From an uncultured Bacteroidota bacterium (GTDB lineage Bacteria; Bacteroidota; Bacteroidia; 2-12-FULL-35-15), in assembly GCA_963727705.1 (NCBI GenBank), contig CAVSHK010000028.1, positions 39,537 to 103,536 on the forward strand: a stretch of 64,000 nt of DNA, in the 5' to 3' direction. This document shows positions 50,828 through 60,796 of this stretch, in pieces. A model generated the notes under the pieces. It worked only from the letters and a program-made list of their open reading frames with translations. It ran no database searches and was not told the origin of the DNA. Both the position numbers and the translations under genes were made by a program. The stretch's first letter is position 1; every line of letters begins with the position of its first letter.

Positions 50828-52030
50828 ATGAATTTAGAAGTTCCTAAAAAATATAAAGGTCTGCTTAAATCTGCATATACTGCCTCAGAAGCAATTTTGA
50901 GACCTATATCCAGAAAGTACGATGTAGGCGAGCATACATATCCCAAAGAGTTGGATTTACTTGCTGCAGGATTAAATGGTATGAATGATGCTTCAGGAGG
51001 AGCAGTAGGTGGAGCAACGTCTAAAAAAGAAGAAGTAAAAAAAGGAGAAGTAAAAAATGGTGGTAATATGGCGAACTGCCTTAATATACAAGCCATTTGC
51101 TACGGTGACGTTGGTTTATTACTGTCATTCCCTAGACAAGGGCTGGGAAATTCAGCGATAGGCGCCGTTGCAAATCCTGAACAGTTTGGTAGATTTGGTA
51201 AGTTATGGGCAGCTATGGCAATTACAGAGCCTAACGTAGGTTCTGATTCAGCTGCTATTACAACATCAGCTCGTAAAGAAGGTGATTATTACATCTTAAA
51301 TGGGGAAAAAATATTTGTAACAGCCGGAGAGCGTTGTGATGTGGTTGTTGTATGGGCTACATTGGATAAGGGCTTGGGAAGAGCTGCTATAAAATCTTTT
51401 GTGGTGGAGAGAAGCAATCCCGGAATGAAGTTAGAGCGTGTAGAGAAAAAACTTGGTATTCGTGCTTCCGACACAGCAGCATTTGTTTTAAGCGACTGCA
51501 AAGTTCATAAATCAAACTTGTTGGGAAATCCTGAAATAGATGTTAAAAAAGGATTTGCCGGTGTAATGGAAACATTTGACAATACTCGTCCTTTTGTTGC
51601 TTCAATGGCATTGGGTTGTACACAAGCTGCTTTAGAGAGAACAAGAGAATTACTAAAAGATAAATTGTCATTAGCAAATTATAAAACCCCTATAAACAAA
51701 GTAAAGGCCGCTGAAGCAGAGTTTTATCGTATGGAAGCGGAATACGAAGCAGCTCGTCTACTTGTTTTAAGAGCGGCATGGTTAGCTGATAACAGAATCC
51801 CTAACTCAATGGAAGCCTCTATTTGTAAAGCGAAAGCAGGAAGAATAGGGACTGCTATCACACTTAAATGCGTTGAATTATGTGCTTCTTTAGGCTATTC
51901 TTATCAAGAGCTTTTAGAAAAATGGGGAAGAGACTCTAAGATTCTCGACATTTTTGAAGGAACACAACAAATTCAGCAATTGATTATTGGTCGCAGATTA
52001 TTGGGCAAATCGTCAAGTGAGTTGAAATAG
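50828..52030 (+). CDS. Acyl-CoA dehydrogenase (paralog 2, intact)
   Basis: ITEPNVGSDSAA, YILNGEKIFVT and IFEGTQQIQQLIIGRRLL. Confidence 0.85.
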   Translation: MNLEVPKKYKGLLKSAYTASEAILRPISRKYDVGEHTYPKELDLLAAGLNGMNDASGGAVGGATSKKEEVKKGEVKNGGNMANCLNIQAICYGDVGLLLSFPRQGLGNSAIGAVANPEQFGRFGKLWAAMAITEPNVGSDSAAITTSARKEGDYYILNGEKIFVTAGERCDVVVVWATLDKGLGRAAIKSFVVERSNPGMKLERVEKKLGIRASDTAAFVLSDCKVHKSNLLGNPEIDVKKGFAGVMETFDNTRPFVASMALGCTQAALERTRELLKDKLSLANYKTPINKVKAAEAEFYRMEAEYEAARLLVLRAAWLADNRIPNSMEASICKAKAGRIGTAITLKCVELCASLGYSYQELLEKWGRDSKILDIFEGTQQIQQLIIGRRLLGKSSSELK

Positions 52031-52071
52031 CACTACTAAATGAATTTACGAACTTTTTAAGAATTATAAAG

Positions 52072-53258
52072 ATGAATTTAGAAATTCCAAGTAAATATAA
52101 CAGTACGCTTGAAATGGCTAAGACGGTTTCTACAAACGTTTTAAGACCTATATCAAGAAAGTACGATGTGGGTGAACATGAGTATCCAAAAGAATTGGAT
52201 GAGCTTGCTCAGGCGCTGGAAATGTTCAGAGGCGCAAGTACCGGCAAAGCAAAAACGGCTCCTAATCCCGGTGAAGTAAGAAACGGATTGAGTATGCAAT
52301 TTGTACTATTTACTCAAACGCTTTGTTATGGTGATACAGGGTTAGTGTTAACTTTTCCTGGAAGAGGATTGGGAAATGCAGCAATTGATGCTGTTGCTTC
52401 GCCTGAACAATTAGAGAAATTCGGCAAATTATGGGCTTCTATGGCTATTACAGAGCCTAACTCCGGATCTGATTCTGCATCTATCAGTACTACTGCAAAA
52501 AAAGATGGAAGATCATTACATCTTGAACGGAGAAAAAATATTTGTTACTAGCGGTGAACGTTGCAACGCTGTGGTTGTATGGGCCACCTTAGATAAAGGA
52601 GCGGGAAGAGCAGCTATTAAATCTTTTGTGGTAGAGAAAGGCACTCCCGGAATGGAAGTAATACGAGTAGAAAAAAAATTAGGCATCAGAGCATCAGATA
52701 CTGCTGCTATTGTTTTTACAAATTGCAGAGTACCGGCGGCTAACTTGTTAGGTGATCCTGAAATCAATGTAAAGAAAGGTTTTGGAGGAGTAATGGAAAC
52801 ATTTGACAATACTCGTCCTATTGTAGGAGCAATGGCATTAGGTTGTGCACAGGCCGCTTTAGAAAAAACAAAGGAGTTATTGAAAAATCATACAAAAGCG
52901 AATGATTTTGAAACCCCATTCTATAATTTGCAGTCAGCAGAAGCAGAAATGATTAAAATGGAGGCGGAATACGAAGCTGCTCGCTTGCTTGTTTTAAAAG
53001 CAGCTTGGATGGCGGATAATAAGATTCCAAACTCAATGGAAGCTTCTATATGTAAGGCTAAAGCAGGAAGGATAGGGACTTTAATTACATTAAAATGCGT
53101 GGATTTATGCAGATTCTTTAGGATATTCTCACCAAGAGTTATTAGAAAAATGGAGCAGAGATTCTAAAATCCTTGATATTTTTGAAGGTACACAACAAAT
53201 TCAGCAATTAATTGTTGCCCGTAGATTATTAAATAAGACCTCTCAAGAATTAAAATAA
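52072..53258 (+). pseudogene. Acyl-CoA dehydrogenase (paralog 3, a tandem duplicate of paralog 2) with two single-base frameshifts, at about 52510 and about 53108
   Basis: Three frames together reconstruct a full homolog: ...ITEPNSGSDSASISTTAKKDG/DHYILNGEKIFVTSGERC.../...CADSLGYSHQELLEKWSRDSKILDIFEGTQQIQQLIVARRLLNKTSQELK*. Confidence 0.75.
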
Positions 53259-53281
53259 CAAGGGAAACAATAACTTTTAGA

Positions 53282-55129
53282 ATGTCAGGTAAAAAGAACA
53301 ATTATACAGGAAGAGAAATGATTTCTCTTCCTAATTTGATTACATCCGCTTTAGTAGATTCCATTAAAAAGGTTTCCGAGGCCACATATAAATTTACCTA
53401 AAGCAATTTGGTACAATCGAACTATTACCAAAAAATCAAAAACGTCAATCGGAAAATTTTTTCTTAAAACGGTTAATAAATATCCTGACAATGTTGTTCT
53501 TTACTATTTAGATGATAAGTGGACCTACAAGGAGTTTAATGAATGGATAAACCGACTCGCTAATTATTTTATCAGTTTAGGGTTCAAAAAAGGTGATGTA
53601 GCGGTAGTTTTGCTGGATAACAGACCTGAGGTGCTTGCAATAAGCATGGCTTTGGCAAAAATAGGATGTGTAGCATCACTCCTTAATTATTCTCAGAGAA
53701 AGACATCCTTAGTACACAGTATTAATTTATCACATCCTAAATTGATAATTGTGGGTAGTGAGCTCATGGAACATTTTAGTGAAATAACCGGTGATATTCC
53801 TAATCTGTTAGATAAAGTCAGAGTTGCCCAACATCCAACAGCACCAGCTAAAACCTCTTTTGCCGATTTCGATTCAAATGCAAAATCATTTTCAACAGAT
53901 GAACCTAAAATAAATTATGACATATATGCCGGAGATCCATGTATGTATGTATTCACCTCAGGAACAACGGGACTTCCTAAAGCAGCCATAGTTAACCACT
54001 TAAGATGGATTAAGGGTTATTCTGGTTTTGGTTTGGCATTACTACAGATGGAACCGGAAGATATTTTGTATGTTCCTCTTCCATTTTACCATTCTACTGC
54101 TATGATTGTTTGCTGGACATCAGTTGTAGCAGGCGGTTCGGGAATGGTACTTAAAAGAAAGTTCAGTGTAAGCGAATTTTGGCCGGATATTCATAATATA
54201 AAGCCACAGGTTTTGGCTATGTTGGAGAATTATGTAAATACCTTCTTAATGCTCCGGTACATCCCCTCGAAAAAAACAATACACTCAAAAGAATGGTTGG
54301 TAACGGGCTTAGACCTTCCATATGGATGGAGTTTAAGGAACGTTTCGGAATAGAACGTATTGCAGAGTTCTATGCTTCTTCAGAAGGGAATTTAGCTTTT
54401 TTCAATATTTTTAATATGGACAAAACTATGGGTTACACTATAAACAGTTTCGCCATAGTTGAATATGATAAGGAAAATGAAAAACCTGTACTGGATAAAA
54501 AGGGTAGGATGAAAGAGGTGAAAAAAGGAGGTATAGGCCTTTTATTAGGAGAAATAAGCGACTTATATCCTTTTGAAGGATATACAGAAAAAGAAAAATC
54601 CGAAAAATCAATTCTTCGTAATGTATTAAAAAAAGGAGATGCATATTTTAATACCGGCGATTTAGTATTTAACATGGGCTACAAACACACTCAGTTTGTA
54701 GACCGTTTGGGAGATACGTTCAGATGGAAAAGCGAGAATGTTTCAACTACTGAAGTTGAGGCGGTAATTAATAAGTTTGAAGGAGTTTCAGAAAGTATTG
54801 TTTATGGAGTGGAAATCCCGAATAATTCGGGGAGGGCAGGCATGGCAAATCTTATATTGCGCGATCATTCAAAACAGGTTGATTTAAAAGCTTTTCACGC
54901 GTTCATAAAAAATGAATTGCCACCATATGCTATTCCTGTTTTTTTGAGAATATCAACAAGTATGCTTACAACAGAAACAATGAAGCATCAAAAAAACCAT
55001 CTTAAAGAGGAAGGTTATGATTGCGAAAAAATAAGCGACCCGTTATATTTCTTAGTTCCTCATGGTGAGTATATTCCGCTTACCGTAGAAGTAAGAGATA
55101 AAATTGATAACGGGGAATATAAATTGTAA
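53282..55129 (+). CDS. FATP / very-long-chain acyl-CoA synthetase family protein with two apparent frameshifts, at about 53340-53400 and about 54195
   Basis: GKFFLKTVNKYPDNVVLYYLDDKWTYKEF, YVFTSGTTGLPKAA (AMP-binding motif), GYVGELCKYLLNAPVHP...VGNGLRPSIWMEFKERFGIERIAEFYASSEGN (FATP signature), and FNTGDL...DTFRWKSENVSTTEVE. The frames run 2, 3, 2. Confidence 0.75.
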
Positions 55130-55169
55130 ATAATAAAAGGAGAGAAGAGTTAAACGCTCAAACAACTTG

Positions 55170-56357
55170 TTAAACTATACGTGTAACAGTTGTTTGAGCG
55201 TTAATTTTTAAGCCCTGCATTTGCTGAAGTAGATTTATTCCGGGAGCTTTACCCTTTTCAAGAGTTCCTAAACTTTTTAGTCCTAGAAAGTCTGCTCCAT
55301 TTTTTGTAGCCCATAAAAGCAAGGTTTGCAGAGGTAATTGGGGATAATGTTTAGTTATTGTTTTTAACTCGTCTAAAACCGACAAGCTCCAGTTGGATGC
55401 TAAACTGTCGGTGCCAATTGTTACTAATGCATTAGAATTGCTAAAAAGACTGTAATTGGGCAATTTGCTTTCGATGTACATGTTGGCATTAGGGCAAGTA
55501 CACCAATAAACAGTTTCTGATTTAGAGTTTATAGTTACAAATTCTATATCTTCCTTTGAAGTAAAAGTATTATGTACCAATAATTTTTTTTGAGGTACAG
55601 GTAGTTTAAGAAAGGTGCTTTGTAAAGAACTAAGAGTAGTTTTTTTTATAAAATCCATGTTGATTCCCATCTGAGAAAAGGATTGAAATATGGCTCCGGT
55701 TTTAGAGATAAACAATTCATTTTCGCTTTCACTTTCCTGATTGTGAATGCTTAAAATGGAATTGTTTTTTAATGCTTCATCATAAACCAGTTTAAATAAA
55801 TTATCCGATACAGAATAAGGAGCATGGGGCGTAATGGAGTTTAAAAGTTGAACGTCCAACGTCCAAAGTTCTTTGCTTAGTGAGAGTGCATTTTCAAACA
55901 CTTCTGCAGCCCGTTCAGGATTTAAATCAAACACTTCAATAAAAGTGTGATAGTAGATATTACGTTTTGCTTTTTGCCTGAAAGTGCTGTTATTATTGGA
56001 AATATCACCAACGGCCACAATTCCGTTTTTAATCATTTCGCGTTCTGCATCAATAATTGCTCGTCGAATTTCATGATCAGAAAATAAATTTCTTTTAGAA
56101 ATAATTTCCTTTACAAATCCAGTCATTCCAGTGTTCTCCGGTATCTGAGAACGCATGTGCGATAACTCTAAATGACAATGGGTATTAACAAATCCCGGAC
56201 AAATGATACCTTTATAGAACTCTATGTTTTCCTTATCAGCCATTGTACCACCACTATTCACATCAAGAATTACTCCATCATCATCAACCGTAATTACACC
56301 ATTGGCAATTGGTTCAGAAGAAACAGGGAAAATATAATCGGCGGAAAGTTTGCGCAT
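55170..56357 (-). CDS. Amidohydrolase-family protein
   Basis: PGFVNTHCHLELS metal-binding HxH motif and TIM-barrel length. Confidence 0.7.
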   Translation of the reverse strand: MRKLSADYIFPVSSEPIANGVITVDDDGVILDVNSGGTMADKENIEFYKGIICPGFVNTHCHLELSHMRSQIPENTGMTGFVKEIISKRNLFSDHEIRRAIIDAEREMIKNGIVAVGDISNNNSTFRQKAKRNIYYHTFIEVFDLNPERAAEVFENALSLSKELWTLDVQLLNSITPHAPYSVSDNLFKLVYDEALKNNSILSIHNQESESENELFISKTGAIFQSFSQMGINMDFIKKTTLSSLQSTFLKLPVPQKKLLVHNTFTSKEDIEFVTINSKSETVYWCTCPNANMYIESKLPNYSLFSNSNALVTIGTDSLASNWSLSVLDELKTITKHYPQLPLQTLLLWATKNGADFLGLKSLGTLEKGKAPGINLLQQMQGLKINAQTTVTRIV

Positions 56358-56470
56358 ACGTTTTTTAAGAAAACGAAATTACGCATTAATCTCATTAAAC
56401 AGAGCGCCTATGTTTTCAAATCCTGTTATCCTATATATTACTAACTTTACACGATAATTATGCATTTACC

Positions 56471-57517
56471 TTGCAAACTAAAAAAGACATACGTTCTCTT
56501 TCTTTAGAAGAATTGAAAGCTATTTTCACTGAAATGGGTGAACAAGCCTTTCGTGCCAAGCAAGTGTACGAATGGCTCTGGAAAAAATCTGCGCGTACGT
56601 TTGACGAGATGACCAATCTATCAAAAACCACACGTGAACTGTTAAATAACAACTTTGTGATAAATGTAGTGGATGTTGATAAAATGCAAGTAAGCAGAGA
56701 CCGTACTATAAAAAATGCGTTTAAGTTATATGATGGAAATATTGTTGAAGGCGTACTAATTCCAACCGCATCGCGGATGACGGCTTGTATTTCATCGCAA
56801 GTAGGTTGCAGTTTAACCTGTAAATTTTGCGCAACAGGTCGTTTGGAACGGTTACGTAACTTAAATGCAGATGAAATTTACGATCAGGTAGTTTTGATAA
56901 AAAATCAAGCAGAAGAAAAATACAAAACACCACTTACAAACATTGTGTATATGGGCATGGGCGAGCCTCTGCTCAATTACAAAAATGTGATGGAATCGAT
57001 TTTAAAAATCACTTCTCCTGAAGGATTAAACATTTCACCTCAACGCATTACCCTCAGTACCGCGGGTGTTGCAAAAATGATAAAAAAATTAGGCGACGAT
57101 AATGTAAAATTTAATTTGGCATTATCATTACACGCTGCCAACGACGAGAAACGAAATAAAATAATGCCTATTAATGAAAGCAATACACTTGAGGCATTAG
57201 CTGAAGCATTGGCATATTTTTACGAAAAAACAGAAACACGCATTACTTATGAATATATCGTGTTTAAAGATTTTAATGATACTTTACAAGATGCCATAGA
57301 GCTTACAGCATTTTGTAAAAAAGTTCCCTGCAAATTAAATATTATTGAGTACAACCCAATTGAAGATGGAGAATTTCAACAAACTACTCCCGAACGTTTA
57401 CAAGCATTTGTTGCATATTTAGAAAGTAAAAATATTATTGTAAACATCCGCAGAAGCCGCGGCAAAGACATAGATGCAGCTTGTGGGCAATTAGCAAATA
57501 AAACAATAAAAGGCTGA
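56471..57517 (+). CDS. rlmN: 23S rRNA (adenine2503-C2)-methyltransferase, radical SAM
   Basis: GCSLTCKFCATG (CxxxCxxC) and conserved flanking regions. Confidence 0.9.
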   Translation: MQTKKDIRSLSLEELKAIFTEMGEQAFRAKQVYEWLWKKSARTFDEMTNLSKTTRELLNNNFVINVVDVDKMQVSRDRTIKNAFKLYDGNIVEGVLIPTASRMTACISSQVGCSLTCKFCATGRLERLRNLNADEIYDQVVLIKNQAEEKYKTPLTNIVYMGMGEPLLNYKNVMESILKITSPEGLNISPQRITLSTAGVAKMIKKLGDDNVKFNLALSLHAANDEKRNKIMPINESNTLEALAEALAYFYEKTETRITYEYIVFKDFNDTLQDAIELTAFCKKVPCKLNIIEYNPIEDGEFQQTTPERLQAFVAYLESKNIIVNIRRSRGKDIDAACGQLANKTIKG

Positions 57518-57650
57518 GAGAATCGTTATACATCTTCCAAATTAAGCCATTTGATGTTCACAACTGATAGCTATCAGTTTTTATTTTCTGATTCACAAAT
57601 ACCTTTGTTTCTGAGCTAGTGTTAGTTGTAATTATTTAACTGGTTTTCAA

Positions 57651-58280
57651 ATGAAATTTAGAATTTTGATATTAATGTTTTTTACGTTTGTAACGCTGTC
57701 CACTTGTACTTATAATGTATATAATCCGGATGTTTGTTTTCAACAAAATGTATTACCTATTTTTGTATCGAAATGCTCAATGAGTGGTTGCCATAGTGCC
57801 GGCGGCGGTAAGAGAGCTAAATACGATCTTTCAAATTATGAAGGAATAATGAAAGGGGTAACACCAAATCATCCCTTGAGGAGTAGTGTTTATACATCTG
57901 TTGCGGGTATTAATCCGAGTATGCCTCGTGGTGGCAAACTAAGTGAAGAAGAAAAATCATACATTAAAATATGGATTAGAATGGGAGCAAAAAACACAAG
58001 CAATTGCAGTGGTTGCGACACAACAAATTATACATATAATGCAGTTATAAAACCAATAATAACCAACTGGTGTGTTGGATGTCACTCTACTGCTAATGCC
58101 GGTGGCGGTTTTGATTATTCAACTTATTCGGGACTCGTTGCTTCTATTGCAAATAACAAACTAATGGGATCGATAGAACAGTTGTCAGGACATTCTCCTA
58201 TGCCACAAGGAACTAAATTATCCGACTGCGATATTAAATTAATTGGAAAATGGGTGAGTGCGGGGTATCCAAATAATTAA
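57651..58280 (+). CDS. Secreted protein with two cytochrome-c-like (PSCyt-type) repeats
   Basis: Two homologous halves. The second has a canonical CVGCH heme motif. The first has CSMSGCH (CxxxxCH). Signal peptide present. Confidence 0.4.
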   Translation: MKFRILILMFFTFVTLSTCTYNVYNPDVCFQQNVLPIFVSKCSMSGCHSAGGGKRAKYDLSNYEGIMKGVTPNHPLRSSVYTSVAGINPSMPRGGKLSEEEKSYIKIWIRMGAKNTSNCSGCDTTNYTYNAVIKPIITNWCVGCHSTANAGGGFDYSTYSGLVASIANNKLMGSIEQLSGHSPMPQGTKLSDCDIKLIGKWVSAGYPNN

Positions 58281-58313
58281 TACTTTTAGGAGATTTTTTC
58301 AGAACAAAATTTT

Positions 58314-59285
58314 ATGAGCGTTAAAGAAATACAAGCTCCCATAGCAAAAGAAATGGCAGAGTTTGAAACAAAGTTTGTTGCTTCAATGAAAAGCTCTGTT
58401 CCTTTGTTAGATAAAATAACGCACTACATTGTAAAACGCAAGGGCAAGCAAATGCGCCCTATGTTTGTGTTTTTATCGGCTAAAATTTGCGGAGAGATGA
58501 ATGAGTCATCCTATCGTGCAGCTTCGTTGATAGAATTATTGCACACTGCTACATTGGTACATGATGATGTGGTGGATGATTCAAATGAGCGCAGAGGTTT
58601 TTTTTCTGTAAATGCATTGTGGAAAAATAAAATTGCAGTATTGGTTGGCGATTTTTTATTGTCGAGAGGACTATTATTAGCCACTGAAAATAAAGATTTT
58701 AAACAGCTGGAACTTGTGTCGAATGCGGTAAGAGAAATGAGTGAAGGAGAATTGCTTCAGATTGAAAAAGCACGTAAGTTGGACATTGATGAGTCTGTTT
58801 ATTACGACATCATTCAAAAGAAAACAGCATCACTCATTGCATCGTGTTGTGCTTGTGGTGCTGCTTCTGTAACAACAGATGAGAATGTAATTGAACGAAT
58901 GCGAGCGTTTGGTGAAGCGGTAGGTACTGCATTTCAAATAAAAGACGATTTGTTTGATTATGGTTTTGGCAGCAATATAGGGAAGCCTACAGGTATTGAT
59001 ATAAAAGAAAAAAAGATGACCTTACCTTTAATTTACGCACTAAATAAAGCATCGTATTTTGAAAAAAGAAGAATCATCAACATTGTAAAAAACAATAATA
59101 ACAATCCAAAAAAAGTAGCTGAAGTAATTGATTTTGTTATAAAAAGCAAAGGCATCGAATATGCCGAACAAAAAATGAATGAGTTTAAAACCACAGCATT
59201 AAACATACTTCATGAATTCCCTGAAAGTCCTTCCAAAAACTCATTAGCGGCGCTTGTACGTTATACTACGGACAGAAAAAATTAG
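58314..59285 (+). CDS. ispB: Polyprenyl diphosphate synthase
   Basis: LHTATLVHDDVVDD (first DDxxD) and the second Asp-rich motif KDDLFD. Confidence 0.88.
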   Translation: MSVKEIQAPIAKEMAEFETKFVASMKSSVPLLDKITHYIVKRKGKQMRPMFVFLSAKICGEMNESSYRAASLIELLHTATLVHDDVVDDSNERRGFFSVNALWKNKIAVLVGDFLLSRGLLLATENKDFKQLELVSNAVREMSEGELLQIEKARKLDIDESVYYDIIQKKTASLIASCCACGAASVTTDENVIERMRAFGEAVGTAFQIKDDLFDYGFGSNIGKPTGIDIKEKKMTLPLIYALNKASYFEKRRIINIVKNNNNNPKKVAEVIDFVIKSKGIEYAEQKMNEFKTTALNILHEFPESPSKNSLAALVRYTTDRKN

Positions 59286-59340
59286 AATATTGTTTTCTTT
59301 AATTGTGCCGAAACAAAGAACGGTAATTTTAATCAGCTTC

Positions 59341-59802
59341 TTATAAATACCTCACGGAGCCGTTACTTTTAGGTAATTGTGAACCTATTAACACAGCTAC
59401 ACAATGACGTTCTTTTCCTTTTTCAGTTGATGTTATTATTACTTTTAACTCCTGGGTTGAGTTGGAATGAAAAGTAAAGGCATCTGATTTTTTACCATTT
59501 GCATCGCTGTTAAAAATTTCATTATTGCTCTCGTCAACTATTTTAAAGCTTACCTTTTCAGCAAATAATTGTTCGGTATTAATTTGTACTTTGTAGTTGT
59601 ACCCCTTGTAAAATACTAAACGTATGTCAGCCGGTTTACCTTCTTTCACTTTCACAATGTTTGTTTGCCCGTTAAAAGAATAAGGATCTAATTTGTTTAT
59701 GCCTTCTTTTACAGCTTCCTTACATTGAGCTTGCGCAACGGAATTGAACCCAAGGGCAAAAAAGATTGTTAACAGGGCGGAATATTTTTTTAATAATTTC
59801 AT
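59341..59802 (-). CDS. Hypothetical secreted protein
   Basis: Signal peptide. No motif. Confidence 0.35.
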   Translation of the reverse strand: MKLLKKYSALLTIFFALGFNSVAQAQCKEAVKEGINKLDPYSFNGQTNIVKVKEGKPADIRLVFYKGYNYKVQINTEQLFAEKVSFKIVDESNNEIFNSDANGKKSDAFTFHSNSTQELKVIITSTEKGKERHCVAVLIGSQLPKSNGSVRYL

Positions 59803-59817
59803 GGTTAGCAATAATTT

Positions 59818-60699
59818 TTAAGAGGTTATTTTATTTCTCAATGCTGTTATTTTTTCAAGAATTAACTTTAACTGTTCTGTTGATAATTCGTATGATGTAT
59901 TATTTCCAATACTTACTATTCCTTCTTCTGCAGGTTTAGGAACAGCTTGTGCCGTAACTTGTTTTAAAGAATTATAAATAACGGAAATGTCTTGTATATC
60001 CGCTAGCAAGGCTGCTATTTCCTTATCCGATTTATAATTTTCAAGTTGACTCACCAAATTTTTAATCACAAACTTTTGATCTGCAATTAAACTGATGATT
60101 GGTTTGTTTTGAGTTTTATCGGCAATTTTTGAAATAACATACATTGCCTCTATCCATCCACCAACAGCCATTATAGCCGTTGTGTTATTCATTTTATTTT
60201 CACCCAAAAATAAGTTAGTACTCACATTTACTTCCGATACTATTTTTTTTAATGAATCAATATTAGCGGAATTGTTAGTTACGCGTTTAGCTACCGATTG
60301 CATAAACTCCCCTTCAATATTAAGTGATGCGGTAAGGTCGCTTGTGTTTTTTAAATAGGTATTCATTAATTGTTTTTGCTCATATAACAGACAAAGTGAT
60401 AAGTCTGCTGAATACACGCCAAGGTTGATGGCTTTAGAAAAATTAGTTACATATTTTGAAATGTTAGTTGATGGATTTAGCAATGATTTATCAAACGTGG
60501 CTCCCGAATTTTTAAGCAATATAAACGTTTCTATAGCAGAAGGAATATTGTATGTAGTTTCATTTGGAAGCGTGTCCTCATCAGCAACTGTTGCAATCGA
60601 ATCTGCACTGGCTTCAGTCGATGGTTTGTTCGCCCCCCCGCAACTTGCAAAAACAATTAGTGCTATAAACAATGATCCGTTTAAAAGATATTTTTTCAT
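59818..60699 (-). CDS. Hypothetical lipoprotein
   Basis: MKKYLLNGSLFIALIVFASCGG lipobox. Confidence 0.4.
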   Translation of the reverse strand: MKKYLLNGSLFIALIVFASCGGANKPSTEASADSIATVADEDTLPNETTYNIPSAIETFILLKNSGATFDKSLLNPSTNISKYVTNFSKAINLGVYSADLSLCLLYEQKQLMNTYLKNTSDLTASLNIEGEFMQSVAKRVTNNSANIDSLKKIVSEVNVSTNLFLGENKMNNTTAIMAVGGWIEAMYVISKIADKTQNKPIISLIADQKFVIKNLVSQLENYKSDKEIAALLADIQDISVIYNSLKQVTAQAVPKPAEEGIVSIGNNTSYELSTEQLKLILEKITALRNKITS

Positions 60700-60796
60700 T
60701 TTCAGTTTTATTTTGGGGTTATTGCTTCTCACAAACTTAATCATATTATTACAAAACCTAATCGTTTTGTTCACTAAAAAAACACGATTCTTCCTA

